64,000 bases of DNA from Torpedo marmorata (GCA_977017645.1 OZ360231.1:37572001-37636000), one strand, 5' to 3'; counted from the stretch's first letter, positions 13,155 to 26,439 are shown. Numbers and translations: made by a program. The notes: generated by a model from the letters alone, not told the origin.

Positions 13155-13564
13155 TATCAGTTTGCTCCATCTGCAGAACTTCCTGAGATGTTCCAGCAAA
13201 TATGAAAGATAGAGTATTCTTCCCAGGGCAGGGCAAAGGATGAAGGTGAGAGGGGAGAGATTTAAAGGAAATCCGAGTGGTAGGTTTTGCAAAAAGAGGG
13301 CGGTAGTTGTGGAACGCGCTGACAGAGGAGGTAGTAGAGGCAGGTACAATTATCAGTTTGCTCCATCTTCAGAACTTCTTGAGATGTTCCAGAAGATATG
13401 AGAGAGAGAATATTTTTCCCAGGGCTGGTCAGTTCAGACTAGAAGCCACAGGGTGAAGGTGAGAGGCGAAAATAATTAAAGGAAATCTGAAGGGTAGGTT
13501 TTGCAAACAGAGGGCTGTGGTTGTGGAACACACTGACAGAGGAGGTAGTAGAGGCAGGTACAAT
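13155..13564 (+). repeat. Diverged tandem duplication (about 196 + 214 bp) spanning the 5' junction of a CR1 fragment
   Basis: Units start tatcagtttgctccatct at 13155 and 13351, and both end gacagaggaggtagtagaggcaggtacaat. CR1 3' sequence continues to about 13690. Confidence 0.85.
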
Positions 13565-14112
13565 TATAATATTTAAAAGGCATTTGAACAGGTACAGGGA
13601 TGAGGGATGTGGGCCTAATGTGGACATCAAGGTTGGCATGGGCGAGGAGGGCTGAGAGGACCCGTTTCTGCAATGGTTCCATGATTCCATCACTTTTGTA
13701 AAGCTTTTGAGTGGGGATTTGCTCAATGTCAAAGCAGTAAGGGATGCTTTGGGGTGGGTTTTCAGGACAGCCTTGGAGACAATGCCACCCCGTATATTAC
13801 ATGACTTAAGTCCAGTACACTTTGGGCCTTGTGAGGTAAAAGCTCTGCGTCAGTAGCAGCTGCACATGGGTATGGATGCACCTTAGGTAGCAGCTGCATG
13901 CAGCAGGGCCTCCTTAGCAAGATCTGGCCAGCTGTGCTTTGCTGGTGAGAGGTCATACACACCAACTGCTTAAAAACTGGCAAGATCTTCAGAAAGGAAC
14001 CAGGCAGAGAAACATAAACACCAGGCATAGCGCATCAGCAATTACATTTGAAGAAATGCTTTTATGGTCGTAAAGATCTTTAGGATGGTTCAAAGCCATG
14101 AAAGGTCCATTA

Positions 14113-14390
14113 CAATTTAATTTAATTTCAATTTTAATTTAATTTAGACATACAGCATGGTAACAGGCCATTTCAGCCCACGAGTCCGTGCCACCCAATT
14201 TACACCCCATTAACCTACACCCTGGTACGCATTGAACGGTGGGAGGAAACCGGTGCCCCCGGAGAAAACCCACGCAGACACGGGGAGAACGTACAAACTC
14301 CTTACAGACAGCGCAGGACTCGAACCCTGGTCCGGACCCGATCGCTGGCGCTGTAAAGGCGTTGCGCTAACCGCTACGCCAACTGTGCCA
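14113..14390 (-). mobile_element. Young V-SINE
   Basis: Reverse complement of the 7161-7422 family. Confidence 0.9.
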
Positions 14391-15205
14391 CAGGAAATAT
14401 CCTCTCTGGTTAATTTCTGTATCTTTAGTAAACTTCCAATATTATGGGGGCAGTCACTGATGGAGACATTAATCAACACATACTTCAGCTCACCGAAGCT
14501 GTGTTTGGTTTGTGCTAAATCGACTTGATACCAGCCCCCCCGACTACAACCCTGATCCAAATATTAACTCAAGATGTGAAGTGATCACACAAGGGGTGCA
14601 TATGACCAAGTATGGCATCAAGGAGCACTGGTTATACTGAGGTCAAGGAGAAACAATCCACCACCTGCAGTCCCATCCCACACAATGGAAGTGAATATGA
14701 TTTTTGGTCGTCAACAACCCTGAGATATTATTGTAAGATAATGTACCAGGCAAAACTATCTTACGATGCTTCATCATACAATGTGGATATTCACTGATGT
14801 TTAATTCTATCAGCATATTCTTCTAATAATGCAGCAGTAGTCACCTGCATTCATCTAGATTGTACAGTATTCTGCAGGGACTCATAAGTAACGATTGTAC
14901 TACAGAAGTGCCAGGCAATGATGATCTCCAATGAGCTGGCATTTCCACCATTGAATTCCCCACAAACAATCAGAGTTGCCATTGACCAAAAATTTGACTG
15001 GAACGGTTGAATTAATAGAATGGCAATAAGAGCAGGATAGTGATTGGGCACCTTGAGTCACCTTCCAACACCTCATGACATGTTCACCATCGTTAAAGCG
15101 CAAGTCAGGATTTTGTTGGAATGTTCTCCACTAGGCTGACGAGTGCTGTTCCAACAATTCTCGATGCCATCTAGCACAAAACAATCTGTTTGATTGCCAC
15201 CCCAT

Positions 15206-16636
15206 CAGGGCCGGCGCTACCATTAGGCCAACTAGGCAGCCGCCTAGGGCGCAGATCTCAGAGGGGCGCTGTCAGGGTGGCCAGACGTCCGGTTTTAGGC
15301 CGGACAGTCCGGCATTTGACTTTGAGGCATCCCGGGGTTCGTATGTTTCTGCATTGGGCGCAAGTGTAGCAGTTCAGTGTTGTTGGGGCCAGGCGACTCC
15401 CTCCCTCTCCATGCCCTATACCCTCGCTACAGTTTCACTGCCGGACTCTGGTTTGAAATTGCCTCTCGGACTGGGATGCATGCGTGCTCCACTCCTCGGC
15501 CCAGGCAGCTGCTTTGGGCCCGAATTCCAACATGGCAGGCTTTCGAGCGCACTGGTTTGAAAACTTGGAATGATTTCAAAACCTTGGCACTCTTTACTTA
15601 CGCCGAGCTCCTGTTCAACGCTAAACCCTGGGTGGATGGTTCCGATTCCCGCGGCGACCCTCTGAACAATCGCAGGTAAGACTTTATTTTGCCCCGAAGT
15701 GGCAGCAACATTTATGTTTGAATCCCGCAAAGCGTAAGGTTATGTGCGAGGAGCGGAAAAAAAACCCGTGCCTGACTTGCCCAATGCTTATCTTCACCGG
15801 GAGACCCCTTGTGTTATCCATGGCCTGCAGCGGACTCTTGGGAGAGTCGGAGTTTTCATTGAAGTGAGCGGGGAATTGCAGCAGTGAGAATTCAAGAGTT
15901 CACCCCAACCCCCCATGTGCATGTTCTGTTCCCCACTGAAGCCGGGCAGAGTTATTCTGCTGTCGAATCAGGCAGCGGTGAGAAAGTGAGAATGTTGCAA
16001 CAGAGACTAGATGACTTGGCAACTATATCAATTGAACATACCCAGGCATCAACACTTGATCTGATTGAATTGGTGACAACATTTGCAAAGGAAAAGGCTC
16101 GCAAAGTGAGATTTTGATGTGCCTGAAATTGAAACTTTTATGAGACTTAAATTTTAACAACACAATTCACAAGGTTATTACCTCTGACAAGGAAGTAACG
16201 TTTTTAACCCTGTTTCTCTGTTTTTTGTTTGTTTCTCTGTCTGACTGTAAGCAAAATATTGTCCTAACATGACAGGTTGGTTACGCCAAGTAACTTTAAA
16301 AGGTATATAGACTTTAAGGTGTGTGACTTAAAGGTGTGTGAAGTAAAAGGTTTTAATGTTGTGTTGTCCTTGGCGGAGGTATGCACTCTACCGAGTGCCC
16401 TTTAGTTCAAAATGATTTGTGTGCCAAAATATTTTCTTTTGTATTTGAGAAAGATAATCAAAGATTAATATATTACTTAATTTTGCAATTTAAAATAAAT
16501 TTAGCAGTTTCAAGTTTTGTGCTTTTCATTTTTTCTGCAAAACATTTGTTTTTGAAAATCGAAGCTGGCAATTTTTTTTGGGGGCTGCAAATAGTTGGCC
16601 TTGCTTAGGGCGCAAAATAGTCTGGCACCGGCCCTG
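15206..16636 (+). mobile_element. Non-autonomous hAT (Tip100/ZMYM1-like) DNA transposon, composite
   Basis: TIRs cagggccggcgc / gcaccggccctg and an 8-bp TSD caccccat (15198-15205) / caccacat (16637-16644). Carries a transposase C-terminal dimerisation remnant, QQRLDDLATISIE...LVTTFAKEKARKVRF* (about 15990-16117). Confidence 0.88.
16175..16407 (+). mobile_element. Helentron-associated non-autonomous element (HINE/DINE-1-like) nested in the hAT
   Basis: Sub-terminal inverted repeats tacctctgacaagga (16179-16193) / tccttggcggaggta (16367-16381), a (gttt/gtct) microsatellite, and a 3' hairpin gcactc-tacc-gagtgc followed by tagtt. Confidence 0.7.
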
Positions 16637-16876
16637 CACCACATCAACCACACTAGCCCCTTTCACACTGCCGATTACATGTGGGTTGAACCGGGTGCAC
16701 GAGTCGCAGGTTTGGAATTCCATATTTTATATTCCCATATTTCCTTATGGCAATTTAGCTCATCGAGTCCATGCAAGTTCAAGAGCAATCCAATTCCCCA
16801 TCTAATTTTTCCCAGAACAGTTTCCCATCATTTGCATCAACTGCCCCCATGTTCAACTACTTACATAAACAACACA

Positions 16877-16952
16877 GGTAAATTACCTATACACCAGAGG
16901 TAAATTATCTATACCCCATGGGTAAATTACCTATGCACCACAGATAAATTAC
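16877..16952. repeat. About 22-bp minisatellite x3.5 inside an old minus-strand V-SINE (about 16750-17120)
   Basis: ggtaaattacctatacaccaga-like unit repeated; followed by gtgggaggaaac...aaactccacacagac (V-domain, reverse). Confidence 0.7.
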
Positions 16953-17185
16953 ACTTGCCAATTAATCTACCAACTGCATGTTTGGTATGTGGGAGGAAAC
17001 ACCCCAGAAGAAATCCACACGGTTACAGGGAGACTGCATAAACTCCACACAGACAGAAGCAGAGGTGACGATTGATTCGGAATTAATGGAGCTGCGAATC
17101 TGCGCCTCTGTGCCACCAACATCACAAAGTCCCTAATCTGCATCTATCCACTGAAAGGTAGTTTTTTAAAAAACATTTGAAAAAA

Positions 17186-17427
17186 TATTTAGACATATAG
17201 CATGGTAATAGGCCCTTTCGGCCCACGAGCCCCTGCTTCCCAATTACACCCAATTAACTTAAAACCCGGTATGTTTTGAAGGGTGGGAGGAAACCGGAGC
17301 ATCCGGAAGAAACCCATGCAGACACGGGGAGAGCGTACAAACTCCTTACAGACAGCTCCGGATTCGAATCCTGGTGACTGGCACTGTAACAGTGTTGCGC
17401 TAACTGCTACACTAACCCTGCTGCCCC
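17186..17427 (-). mobile_element. V-SINE
   Basis: Reverse V-domain (gtgggaggaaaccggagc...cagacacggggagag) and tRNA head. Confidence 0.88.
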
Positions 17428-19829
17428 AACCTTTCTTCCAACCTCCTTATCAACATTTTTCTCATCTATCCCAATTCCTGGTATGGCTTAGTATTTGATA
17501 ATTGCTGCTGTAAAGCACAATGCAATGCATTACTTCATTGAAGGTATAGGAGCTCTTGTTATTATTGTTATTTTTCTATCTGAAGACATGATCTATTTTG
17601 ATGTTCAAAGCTTAGAGTCAGACAATGAAATTGTTGATATGAAGTATACATGTTTTTTTTCTGAATTATCCATAAGAAAGATTTATTGTAAATCTCTCTA
17701 CTTACTGCAACTGAATGAGTACTGTACAAAGTACAGTCTTGAATTCACAGGGGTTCTGCATGATTGCAGGAAAATATGTAGCATTTGGTTTAATTCCAGT
17801 GTTCCTTTCAGTCTAGTAAGATGCCATCTGGTAAGAAAAGATTCAATTCATTCAGGTGAGATGTACTTAATATTCTTTACACTACAGATTCACAACACAA
17901 GCTGCAGTCAGAGAATTGTAGAAAGGACAAGGTTTCGTTTGCCTGTACATTATTATGCCTTTGCATAGAAAATATTTTTCTTTGTGTCATAAAACAGAAA
18001 ATGATGGAAATACTTAGCAGGTAAGGCAGCATCTGTGGAATGAGATGCAGAGAAATGTTACGTGGGAGGGAAAATGAGGAATGATACGAACAAAAGGGAG
18101 TACGAGAGTGGAGCAGTTGAATGACAACGTGGTGATCAAGCTGCCTCCTACCTTTACAGATAGTACTGACTGAGGGAAGATTTTAACTTTGGGTGACATC
18201 GGAAAATGAAAATAGAGTCAGGAAGGACTCTTAATTGAAAAATTGGTCATTTAGTTACTTTGCAATCATATTTATCTCTGTTGTTTTTTTTTTAAAAAGT
18301 AAATCGGTTATGGTTTCTGGGCAAAAAATGTATTCACAGTCATTGATGTTCAATACACAACTTTGCAGTGGCGGTTATCTCCAGTTCCCAAATTTGGTTC
18401 CATTGTAGAAAAATAAACATTGCAATTATATGGTTCCTTTCACAACCCTTTTGGATTGTCCAAAGTGCTTCACAGCCAATGAAAGACTTATTTGAAGTAT
18501 AATAATTGCGAGCATAAAGGAAAGATGCAGAGAGATACAGTGACCATGATGCTTGACCACATCTTTCGCTCAAAACATTCGAGGGGTTGGGGGGTGGGGA
18601 GGTGTCTTTGTAGATCTTGCTTCATATGGCCAGCTATCTGTCTTTGGGAATGGAGTCTTAGCATGAACGTGCTACTGTATCTCAGTTCGTTAGGATCCTC
18701 AAACTTGCCTGCTATGACACCTATCCTGATGCTCTCTCAAAATGCACCACCAAGTTTATTATCATCTGACTGTACATTTACAACCAGACAAAATAGTATT
18801 TATTAAGCATTAGTCAGGAGGTAGCTTTGTAAAACCTCACTCAGCAATAGCCTGAGGTAACTCTGAGCACTTTGGCACATGGAGCAGTCTCCAAGTCTCC
18901 AGTGAAGCTTGCAGCTACCTTCTGAAGTTACTCACTCTTATCCAAGAAGCCTTTTAAATGGAGAACAGTGAGCTAGCTTTTTATTTGTAGCAAAAACAAA
19001 CTGCTGCAGGAACTCAGCGTGTTTTTCTCTGTGACTGATAGACAATGTTGGCTTGTGTACCTGGCGACTCCAATTCATGTTGGCACAGCTGACAAAAGAT
19101 GCTGGCATTGAAGTCGACGGGTGTCCTGCTGAACATGGTAGCAGAGACGCTGACAGAAAGTGCCAAGTCACATCCTGCGATTGACACAACTTGGCCTGAA
19201 AGTGAGAAGAAACACACTCCATCAATCAGAATTGAAGGAAAAAAACCTCTTGCAATTCAATTATCCAGTGATAGAACTATGTGTTTGTTGCGCACTGCTT
19301 GTGAAATCCAGTTCCAGTGAAGTCAGTAGAAATGAATTTCAGAAGCAGAATACGAGGAACACATTTACTGCTGCAAATCCTGAAAATATCATGTGGCATT
19401 TATAACATTATCTATAGAAACAATTATAAATGCCATTCACTGGGGTGAAGTAAATCATCCTATAGATCATATAGGATGCAGTACATCTATTAAAATATAA
19501 TTAATTGCTAAGCCAAGGAGTAAATGGGCTTATTATTTTAACAGTGCTGTGATGTAATTTGCATTCATAGGTCAAAAGGAATCAGGAAAGCCTTATTCAA
19601 ATCATTATTCATTTAGCAGTTCAACATAGGAGCCCATTGTTCTGCATGTAATATCCATTTTATGGCTTATGAGTACATAATGTATACCAAATAGGTAATC
19701 TACCAGAAGCCACAGCAGCAAATGAAAAATAATCACACAAGTTGACTCCATAGCATAATATTTGAGAGGGTAACTGGAGGTTTGCAACCTAGCACATAGC
19801 TCGCAAATTCTCCACTACACTACACATAG

Positions 19830-20300
19830 AGAGACTGGAGAGCACAAAGTTCCTTGGTGTGCATATAAAGGATGACCTATCCTGGACCCACAACACTTCC
19901 TCATTTGTCAGAAAGGCACAGCAGCGCCTACACTTCCTAAGCAGGTTAAGGAGGGCAAGGCTACTGGCACCCATTTTGACAACTTCTTACAGGAGCACAA
20001 CTGAGAGTGTCCTGTCAGGCTGCATCATTGCGTGGCATGGTAGCTGCAAAGCATCCGACTGGAAGTCAATACAGAGGATCATCAAAACGGCTGAGAAAAT
20101 CACTGGGGTCTCCCTTCCCTCTATTGATGACATTTACTGGGAGCATTGCTTAAATCAGGCTCAAAGAATAGGCTCTTACCATCCAGCACACAGTATCTTT
20201 GACCCACTACCCTCAGAAAGGAGGTACAGGAGTGTCAAAATCAGGTTGGGAAATAACTTCTTCCCGCAGGCTCTGAGATTGATGAACAGTATCCTGCAAC
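19830..20300 (+). mobile_element. Older Rex1/Babar LINE 3' fragment
   Basis: ORF with DDLSWTHNTSSFVRKAQQRLHFLSRLRR...FFPQALRLMN. Confidence 0.85.
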
Positions 20301-21680
20301 CAAGTAAATCATCCCAAAATATTTATATATATTTATTTTAAATTATGTGTGTGTGTGTGTGTACGCTCAAACACACACGTTTGATGCCAAACTTGCACCA
20401 TGATATGGTGAAATACATCAGTGGTTATTCACTATCCGACGACAGGTGTATGATCTTGGGGAGAGGGCTGCTGGAATGCAGGAAAGCATCTCAACGCCAG
20501 CCACTGCTTAAGGAAATAAAAATAACCATCTACTTCTACTTTCAAGGATGCAGCATAAAAAATAGATAAGTGCAAATATAGATGTGAAAATATCCATGGT
20601 AAATCAAGCAGAGAAAATTATTGCAAAATGCATGAGAGCTCCCTTTTTAAATTGCAAGTCATGTAGCATCTGATGAGTGTTAAACATAAGCACAAGCAGG
20701 TAATACTTTATGAAAAAAACCATTTATGAATGGAAGCAGATAATTGGCTTGAAAGCTAAAGGGCTTTCCATTAGTCAAAGTATTAGGCAAAGGGCTTATC
20801 CTTTTTTATATATCATAAACTTTAGAGAAAGGAAGACAAGTACTTTTTCATTGTGCATAACAGATGTTTTGGTAAAACCTTCATAAAATCAGTCTCCAAA
20901 GTATAGAAACTCGTTCCATCATCGCAAAATTAAATTTCACTGCTACATTTCCCTGTTTCCATCTGCTCCCATTTCTCTTACCCTTCAATAACCTCATCAC
21001 TTGCTACAAGCCTGCCATGGTGAGAAATAAAACAAAGATAATTTGAGACTTCAGAAAGTAATGAAGGAGGTGTTCCAGTGATTTAATAAAGGAAGATCAA
21101 TGTCCTCAGAACTGAATAATATCTTGCTGCACACTGCGCTATCAATAAAGTGCTGTCTCCAGAGCATGAAACCTGTTTTAACCCAGTGTGGGCCTCCAGG
21201 AAGGATAATAAATCTCATGATGGACAACAACATTCTGCATTGGCATGGAGTCTTCCGTGCAGTAAAGCATCCATCGTGTGTTACATGACCATTATCAAAA
21301 AGATAATTTGGCAAGTGAATTTTAAGGAGCAGCTCAGAGGACAAGGGAGAGAGGGATGAGATGGGGTGTGTAGCGATGAGATTCATTCCATTTATTAAGG
21401 AAATTCCACACTGGACAACTGAACCATGACTACTAGTGGTGGGTAAAGGACACGGAGTTTGCATATGGGGTTGGAACTGCATGTTGGACAGCAGAGAACA
21501 CTGTGCTGTGAGTGTGGGTAAAGATGCACCCAACTTATTGAGCTGTGTTTTCACAAAGTCAATAGAGACAGAATGACCTCATTCTCTCCTGTTTGATTCT
21601 ACAGTTATATTCCATTCTTTGGATCAAGCCATCAGATATTTTATGGGGTATGACACTGGCACCAGAGAAATAATTCTGAG

Positions 21681-21815
21681 TTAAACAAGATAGTCTGCAG
21701 ACACTGTGATTGTAGTTAAAACAAAAATGCTGGAGAAACTCAGCAAGTCACGCAGAGTTCTTTATGTAGCAAAGATACCTAACCAATATTTCGGGCCTGA
21801 GCCCTTCATCAAGGT
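21681..21815 (-). mobile_element. Penelope-like terminal unit (135 bp) with hammerhead motif
   Basis: The minus strand begins ACC-TTGATGA-AGGGCTCAGGCCC-GAAA-TATT-GGT. Perfect 12-bp TSD aataattctgag (21669-21680 / 21816-21827). Confidence 0.8.
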
Positions 21816-23748
21816 AATAATTCTGAGGCCCAAGTTCAAATCCCACTGTGGGAACATTGAAATTTAATTTAGTTAATACAGTATTCTGGATTTTTTTAAA
21901 AAAATGGTCATTAGTAATGAAGACTGCGAGACCTAGTTCCCACCTGGATCACTGATGTCTACCTGGGAAGAAATCTGCCATAATTCCCAAGTCTGGCTGG
22001 TCAGTGACTCCACTGTGGCTAACTCTGAAATGGATAAAAAGCTATCTGGATTAAAAGTATTTAAGATTGGGCAATAAATGTTGGCCTTGCCAACAATGCC
22101 CAGATGCAAAAATATGAATTTAAAATAATATACCTTAGAGGGGAGTCAGGAACATGTTTTAATGAATATGGCACCCTCTTAGTGCAGCACTGGAGCCTTA
22201 ACCTGTGTTTTACACTCGTCTGTGGAGAGAGAATCATCTGACTCAATGACTGGAGCGAAACTACTGAGGACAGATAGTATGACTGGAAAGTGGATATCTT
22301 TACATGGCATGATGGTGTTTTGATTGCATTTAGGATTATTAAGATAGCCAATCAAGAACAAGAAATAAGAATTGCTGTTAATTCCTCATCTTCTTTCCCT
22401 CGGTGTACGAAATATTGCCCCCTTTTACTTTAGTCTTGACAAAGGGTCCTGACCTGAAACGTTGACTGACCAGTTCTACCCATGGATGATCCCTGACACA
22501 CTGACTTCTTCCAGCAACTCGTTGTTTGCTCAAGATTTCAGCAGGTGCAGTTTTTGTATTTCTCTTTACTATAAGGACAGAAAAGAGTAATGATGTAATA
22601 ACTGCAGCAACCTTCAGAGGATGGAGGAACAGTCCTTTCAGGAATAATTAAGATGGGACTGTACTCATTGGAGTTTAGAAGATTTGGAAGTGATCTCATT
22701 GAGAGATTCAAGACTGATAAAGTAGATACTAAGAGATTGTTTCTTCTAGCTAGAAAGTGTAGATCAGCGAGACATAATTTCAGGACAAGGAAATTTTGGA
22801 GACAGTTCACATCCAATCTGGTTGTGCATTCAAGGTCATTAGTAAGTATGTCCTGAGCTTTATTTTTAGTTGGCTGCCTTGGGCAATGCTGAACAAAGGA
22901 TCTGAACTGGTTAGGATACGATTAAGCATGAGGAGAACAGATGAGTTCTGAAATAAAATGAAAGGGATCTTTTTGGAAAAGGTACCCAGTTGGGACATGC
23001 TCCACGAAGCTCCCCTTTAAAAGTGGGGAGAAATTTATGCAAGCAGTTTTTGAAAGCTGTAGCATTCACTATGCAGCTTGCTGTGAATGCTCACTCACTG
23101 CATACCTACAGGCTGATAGATTTTTGGACTAAAAACACAAGAAATGAAAGCAAAAGTGAGCTAAATCAGAGCTAATAGAAACATAAATTTGTAGCATCAC
23201 TAAATTGTTCCTGCACAGAAAGAGGCCATTTGGCCCATTTTGGGAAGATTGATGCTATCTTTCCCTTTCGTCATGCTCTCCACTAATCTGCAAGTTATTC
23301 TTTCTCAAGTACATGTCCAATTCTTTTTATGCAAAGCACTCTTTTCACGTCTAAACTCGCAGCGAATTTCAGACCCTGAGCAAAATGAGGGGAAGAAAAT
23401 TTCCTCATGCTAAAATTTTAAATCTGTTTTCCTCAGTCTTCATGCTGTTTACAAATGGGAATGGTTTCCTTCTCTTTAACCTGACCTAAGCCATTCATTT
23501 AACTTAGCTCACACCATCAAAGGTCTCAACCATTCATGCTCCAAGCAGAACAATCTTACTCTTTCCAGTCTCACTTTGGAGCTGAAATACCTCATGCCTG
23601 GAACCACCTCTTATAATTCTTCATTCAAACTCTCTCCAGGGGCTACAAATCCTTCTCATGGTGGGTTTCTATACCTTCGAGTACTTTTGCTTCTCTTATA
23701 TTCCACACATCCATTTATGAATCCCAGCATGCCATATCTTTCAACATG

Positions 23749-23872
23749 TAATATGCAAACATGCTGGAGAAACTCAACATCCATAGGAAGAGTAACCGTT
23801 TCCGGCCTGGTCCCTTCGTCAGGTGTTGTGTATTGTACTCAACACCAGCATCTGCAGACTTTCTTGCTTAAC
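23749..23872. mobile_element. Penelope-like inverted terminal fragment
   Basis: Both orientations of the terminal unit are joined. TSD tctttcaacatg (23737) / tctctcaacatg (23873). Confidence 0.7.
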
Positions 23873-23942
23873 TCTCTCAACATGCCCTTTTACTTCCAAG
23901 GATTTATCCCACCTATCTATCCATTCAGCTAGTCTAGCTTAC

Positions 23943-24470
23943 TGAATCAAAATTTATTGTCATGAACATGTCATGAAATTCGCTGTTTTGGGGCAGCATC
24001 ACAGTGCCAACATTTATATAAACCACATTACCAAATAAATAAAAATAGTGCAAGAAAAAGAAAAAGACAGTGTCTTTGATTCATTGATCATTCAGAAATC
24101 TGATGACAGCGAGGAAGAAGCTGTCCTTGTGCCGTTGAGTGCTCGTCTTCAGGCTCCTGTACCTTTTGCCCCGATGGTAGCAGAGTGAAGAGGGCATGGC
24201 CTGGGTGGTGGGGGTCCTTGAAGATAGAGGCTGCTTTCTTAAGATACAGCCTCTTGTAGATGTCCTCGATGGAGTGAAGACTGGTGCCTGTGATATCGCA
24301 GGCCGAGTTAACAACCCTCTGGAGTTTTTTCTTGTCCTGAGCATTGGCACCTCCATACCAGACAGTGATGCAACCAGCCAGAATGCTCTCCACGGTACAC
24401 CTGCAGAAGTTTGAGAGTCTTCGGTGACATACCGAATCTCCTCAAACTCCTCACAAAGTGTAGCCGCTGT
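23943..24470 (-). mobile_element. Rex1/Babar LINE 3' fragment (family A-related)
   Basis: Encodes ESILAGCITVWYGG...KDPHHPGHALFTLLPSG. Similar to 4884-5646 but with distinct substitutions. Confidence 0.88.
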
Positions 24471-25165
24471 ACAATCTATTACTGTCCTTCTCAATTCTAA
24501 GTACTGTTTTATCTGCAAATTTGAAAATGTTACCCTGCCTACATCCAAGTCATCAATACAAATTTTTAAAAAAAGTGGTACTTGTATGATCAAATGGGAA
24601 TATCGCTCTTGACCCTGCTTCAGTCTGAAGAACAATCATTTTCCACTGCTCTTTGCTTTCTGTTTTTAAACCAATTTCCTGCATCATCCATTAACTCAAT
24701 ACATGTAGATGTTAAATTCACTAACCAGCTTTCTGTGTGGGATTTCATCAAATGCTGCTGAAAATCCATGCAAATGTTATTTACTGCATTCCTTTGATCC
24801 AACATCTCGGAAGGTTTTTGATTAGATACAATCAGGTTAGTCAAAGATGATTTGATTTCAAAGGATTTTACATTAACTTTTTACTTTTCATGCTGGCTCT
24901 CCTTTATTCATTCAAACTTTCCCAAGTGTCTTTTAATGTTTTGCCTGATCAGAATTTCTGAAATCCTTCTCACAACCAAAGTTCATCTCTTAGGTTAGAT
25001 GTTGTACAGTACTCACTCCTTGCCTCACAAGGGTGTTACATTTGCCATTCTCCTTTTCTTTAGCATGTCCTGTGTATCCATGGATGATTGGAAGGTCATG
25101 ACAAGTCTTTTTGCAAACTTCAGCCAACCTCGCCCAGCCAACTTGATTTAAGACACAGTAACTTA

Positions 25166-25310
25166 CAGTAAAACCTCCGGTATCTGGCACCTATGGGGAT
25201 TGGTAGATGCCAGATAAGCGAATTTTCCGGTTGCTTGAGATTGCGTGTTGCATGATTGACAAACTAACTGCTAGGGCACACCAATGTTAAACTTCTGTAT
25301 TTTTGTGGCT
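25166..25310. mobile_element. Partial copy of the 8073-8274 MITE, opposite orientation
   Basis: ta-cagtaaaacctccggtatctggcacctatggggattgg matches the reverse complement of 8225-8274. Confidence 0.75.
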
Positions 25311-25639
25311 ATACTTTCTGGAGCCAAGGAAGAATAGAGTGATCTTTGTTCCTCATGATCCATGCTGGGCAGTGCTTCTAGCATTATTTTCTCTGAGGAT
25401 GAACAACATCGTTGCTGGTAACAAGGCATTCATAGAGGCAGGATCATACTATGCACAAACAGCCCAATGCCAATCAAGTAGCCCATCCAAGCTAGTCCAA
25501 TTTGCCCACACTTGGCCCACATCGCTCTAACCCTTTCCTATCCATGTACCTGTCCTAAAATCATCAAATGTTGTAATTGTGCCCACCTCCATACATATAC
25601 CACTCTCGATGTGGAAAGTTTATTTTATTATAATTTTTT

Positions 25640-25883
25640 TAAAATTTTGACATACAGCTTGATAACAGACCCTTCCTGTCCATGAGCCCGTGCCGCCGAA
25701 TTACACCCATTGACCGACAACCTCTGTACGTTTTAAATGGTGGGAGGAAACCGGAGCGCCCGGAGGAAACCCACGCAGACACGGGGAGAATACAAAAACT
25801 CCTTACAGGCAGCGCCGGATTCAAACCCCAGTCGCTGGCTCTGTAACAGCGTTACACTAACTGCTATGCTAATCGTGCCGCCC
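25640..25883 (-). mobile_element. V-SINE
   Basis: Reverse V-domain and tRNA head. Confidence 0.88.
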
Positions 25884-26439
25884 GAAAAGGCCCCTTTTAA
25901 ATCTTTCCATCCTCACAAAGATGTCCTTCTGATGATCCAAACTCAACTGAACATTGGGGGAACAGAAATCATTCCTGATGATGGAAAACTACTGTATGTG
26001 TGAATCTCATTGACATAGAGGAGCAATCAACTGTTAGCCATGCTCATGGGAATCCTAATGTTATTGACCACAATTCTTGCTAGTTTTTACTCAAATCACA
26101 ATCGATAGACTCATCTGTGCATGAATATATTGCCTGGGTGACCTTTATGTTGCTACCATGAGCAGCCAATTGTGATTATACAGAGCAAACAAAGAAGAGC
26201 TGGAGGTACTCAGCAGGTCAGGCAGTATGCATGGAGAGAGATGGACAGTTAGTGTTTTGCGTCAGGACTCTTTTTTGAGAACCGAATCATTTCTCTCAAT
26301 GAACGCTACATAACCTGCTGAGTTCTTTCAGCTCCAGTTTGTATGCTCAAGATTCCAGCATTTGCAGTTCTTATGTTTCTAAGATTATCCAAAGGCATGC
26401 TGCAGCCACATGAAAGGAATGTGTATGAAGGGGACACAT

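Noticed and set aside
16657-16715. gcccctttcacactg resembling a PIF/Harbinger TIR next to the hAT
   Set aside because: I found no matching second TIR or TSD.
17495-17968. 157-aa ORF (and the 167-aa ORF at 21051-21554)
   Set aside because: Non-ATG starts, no recognisable domain and no supporting splice structure; they are probably chance ORFs.
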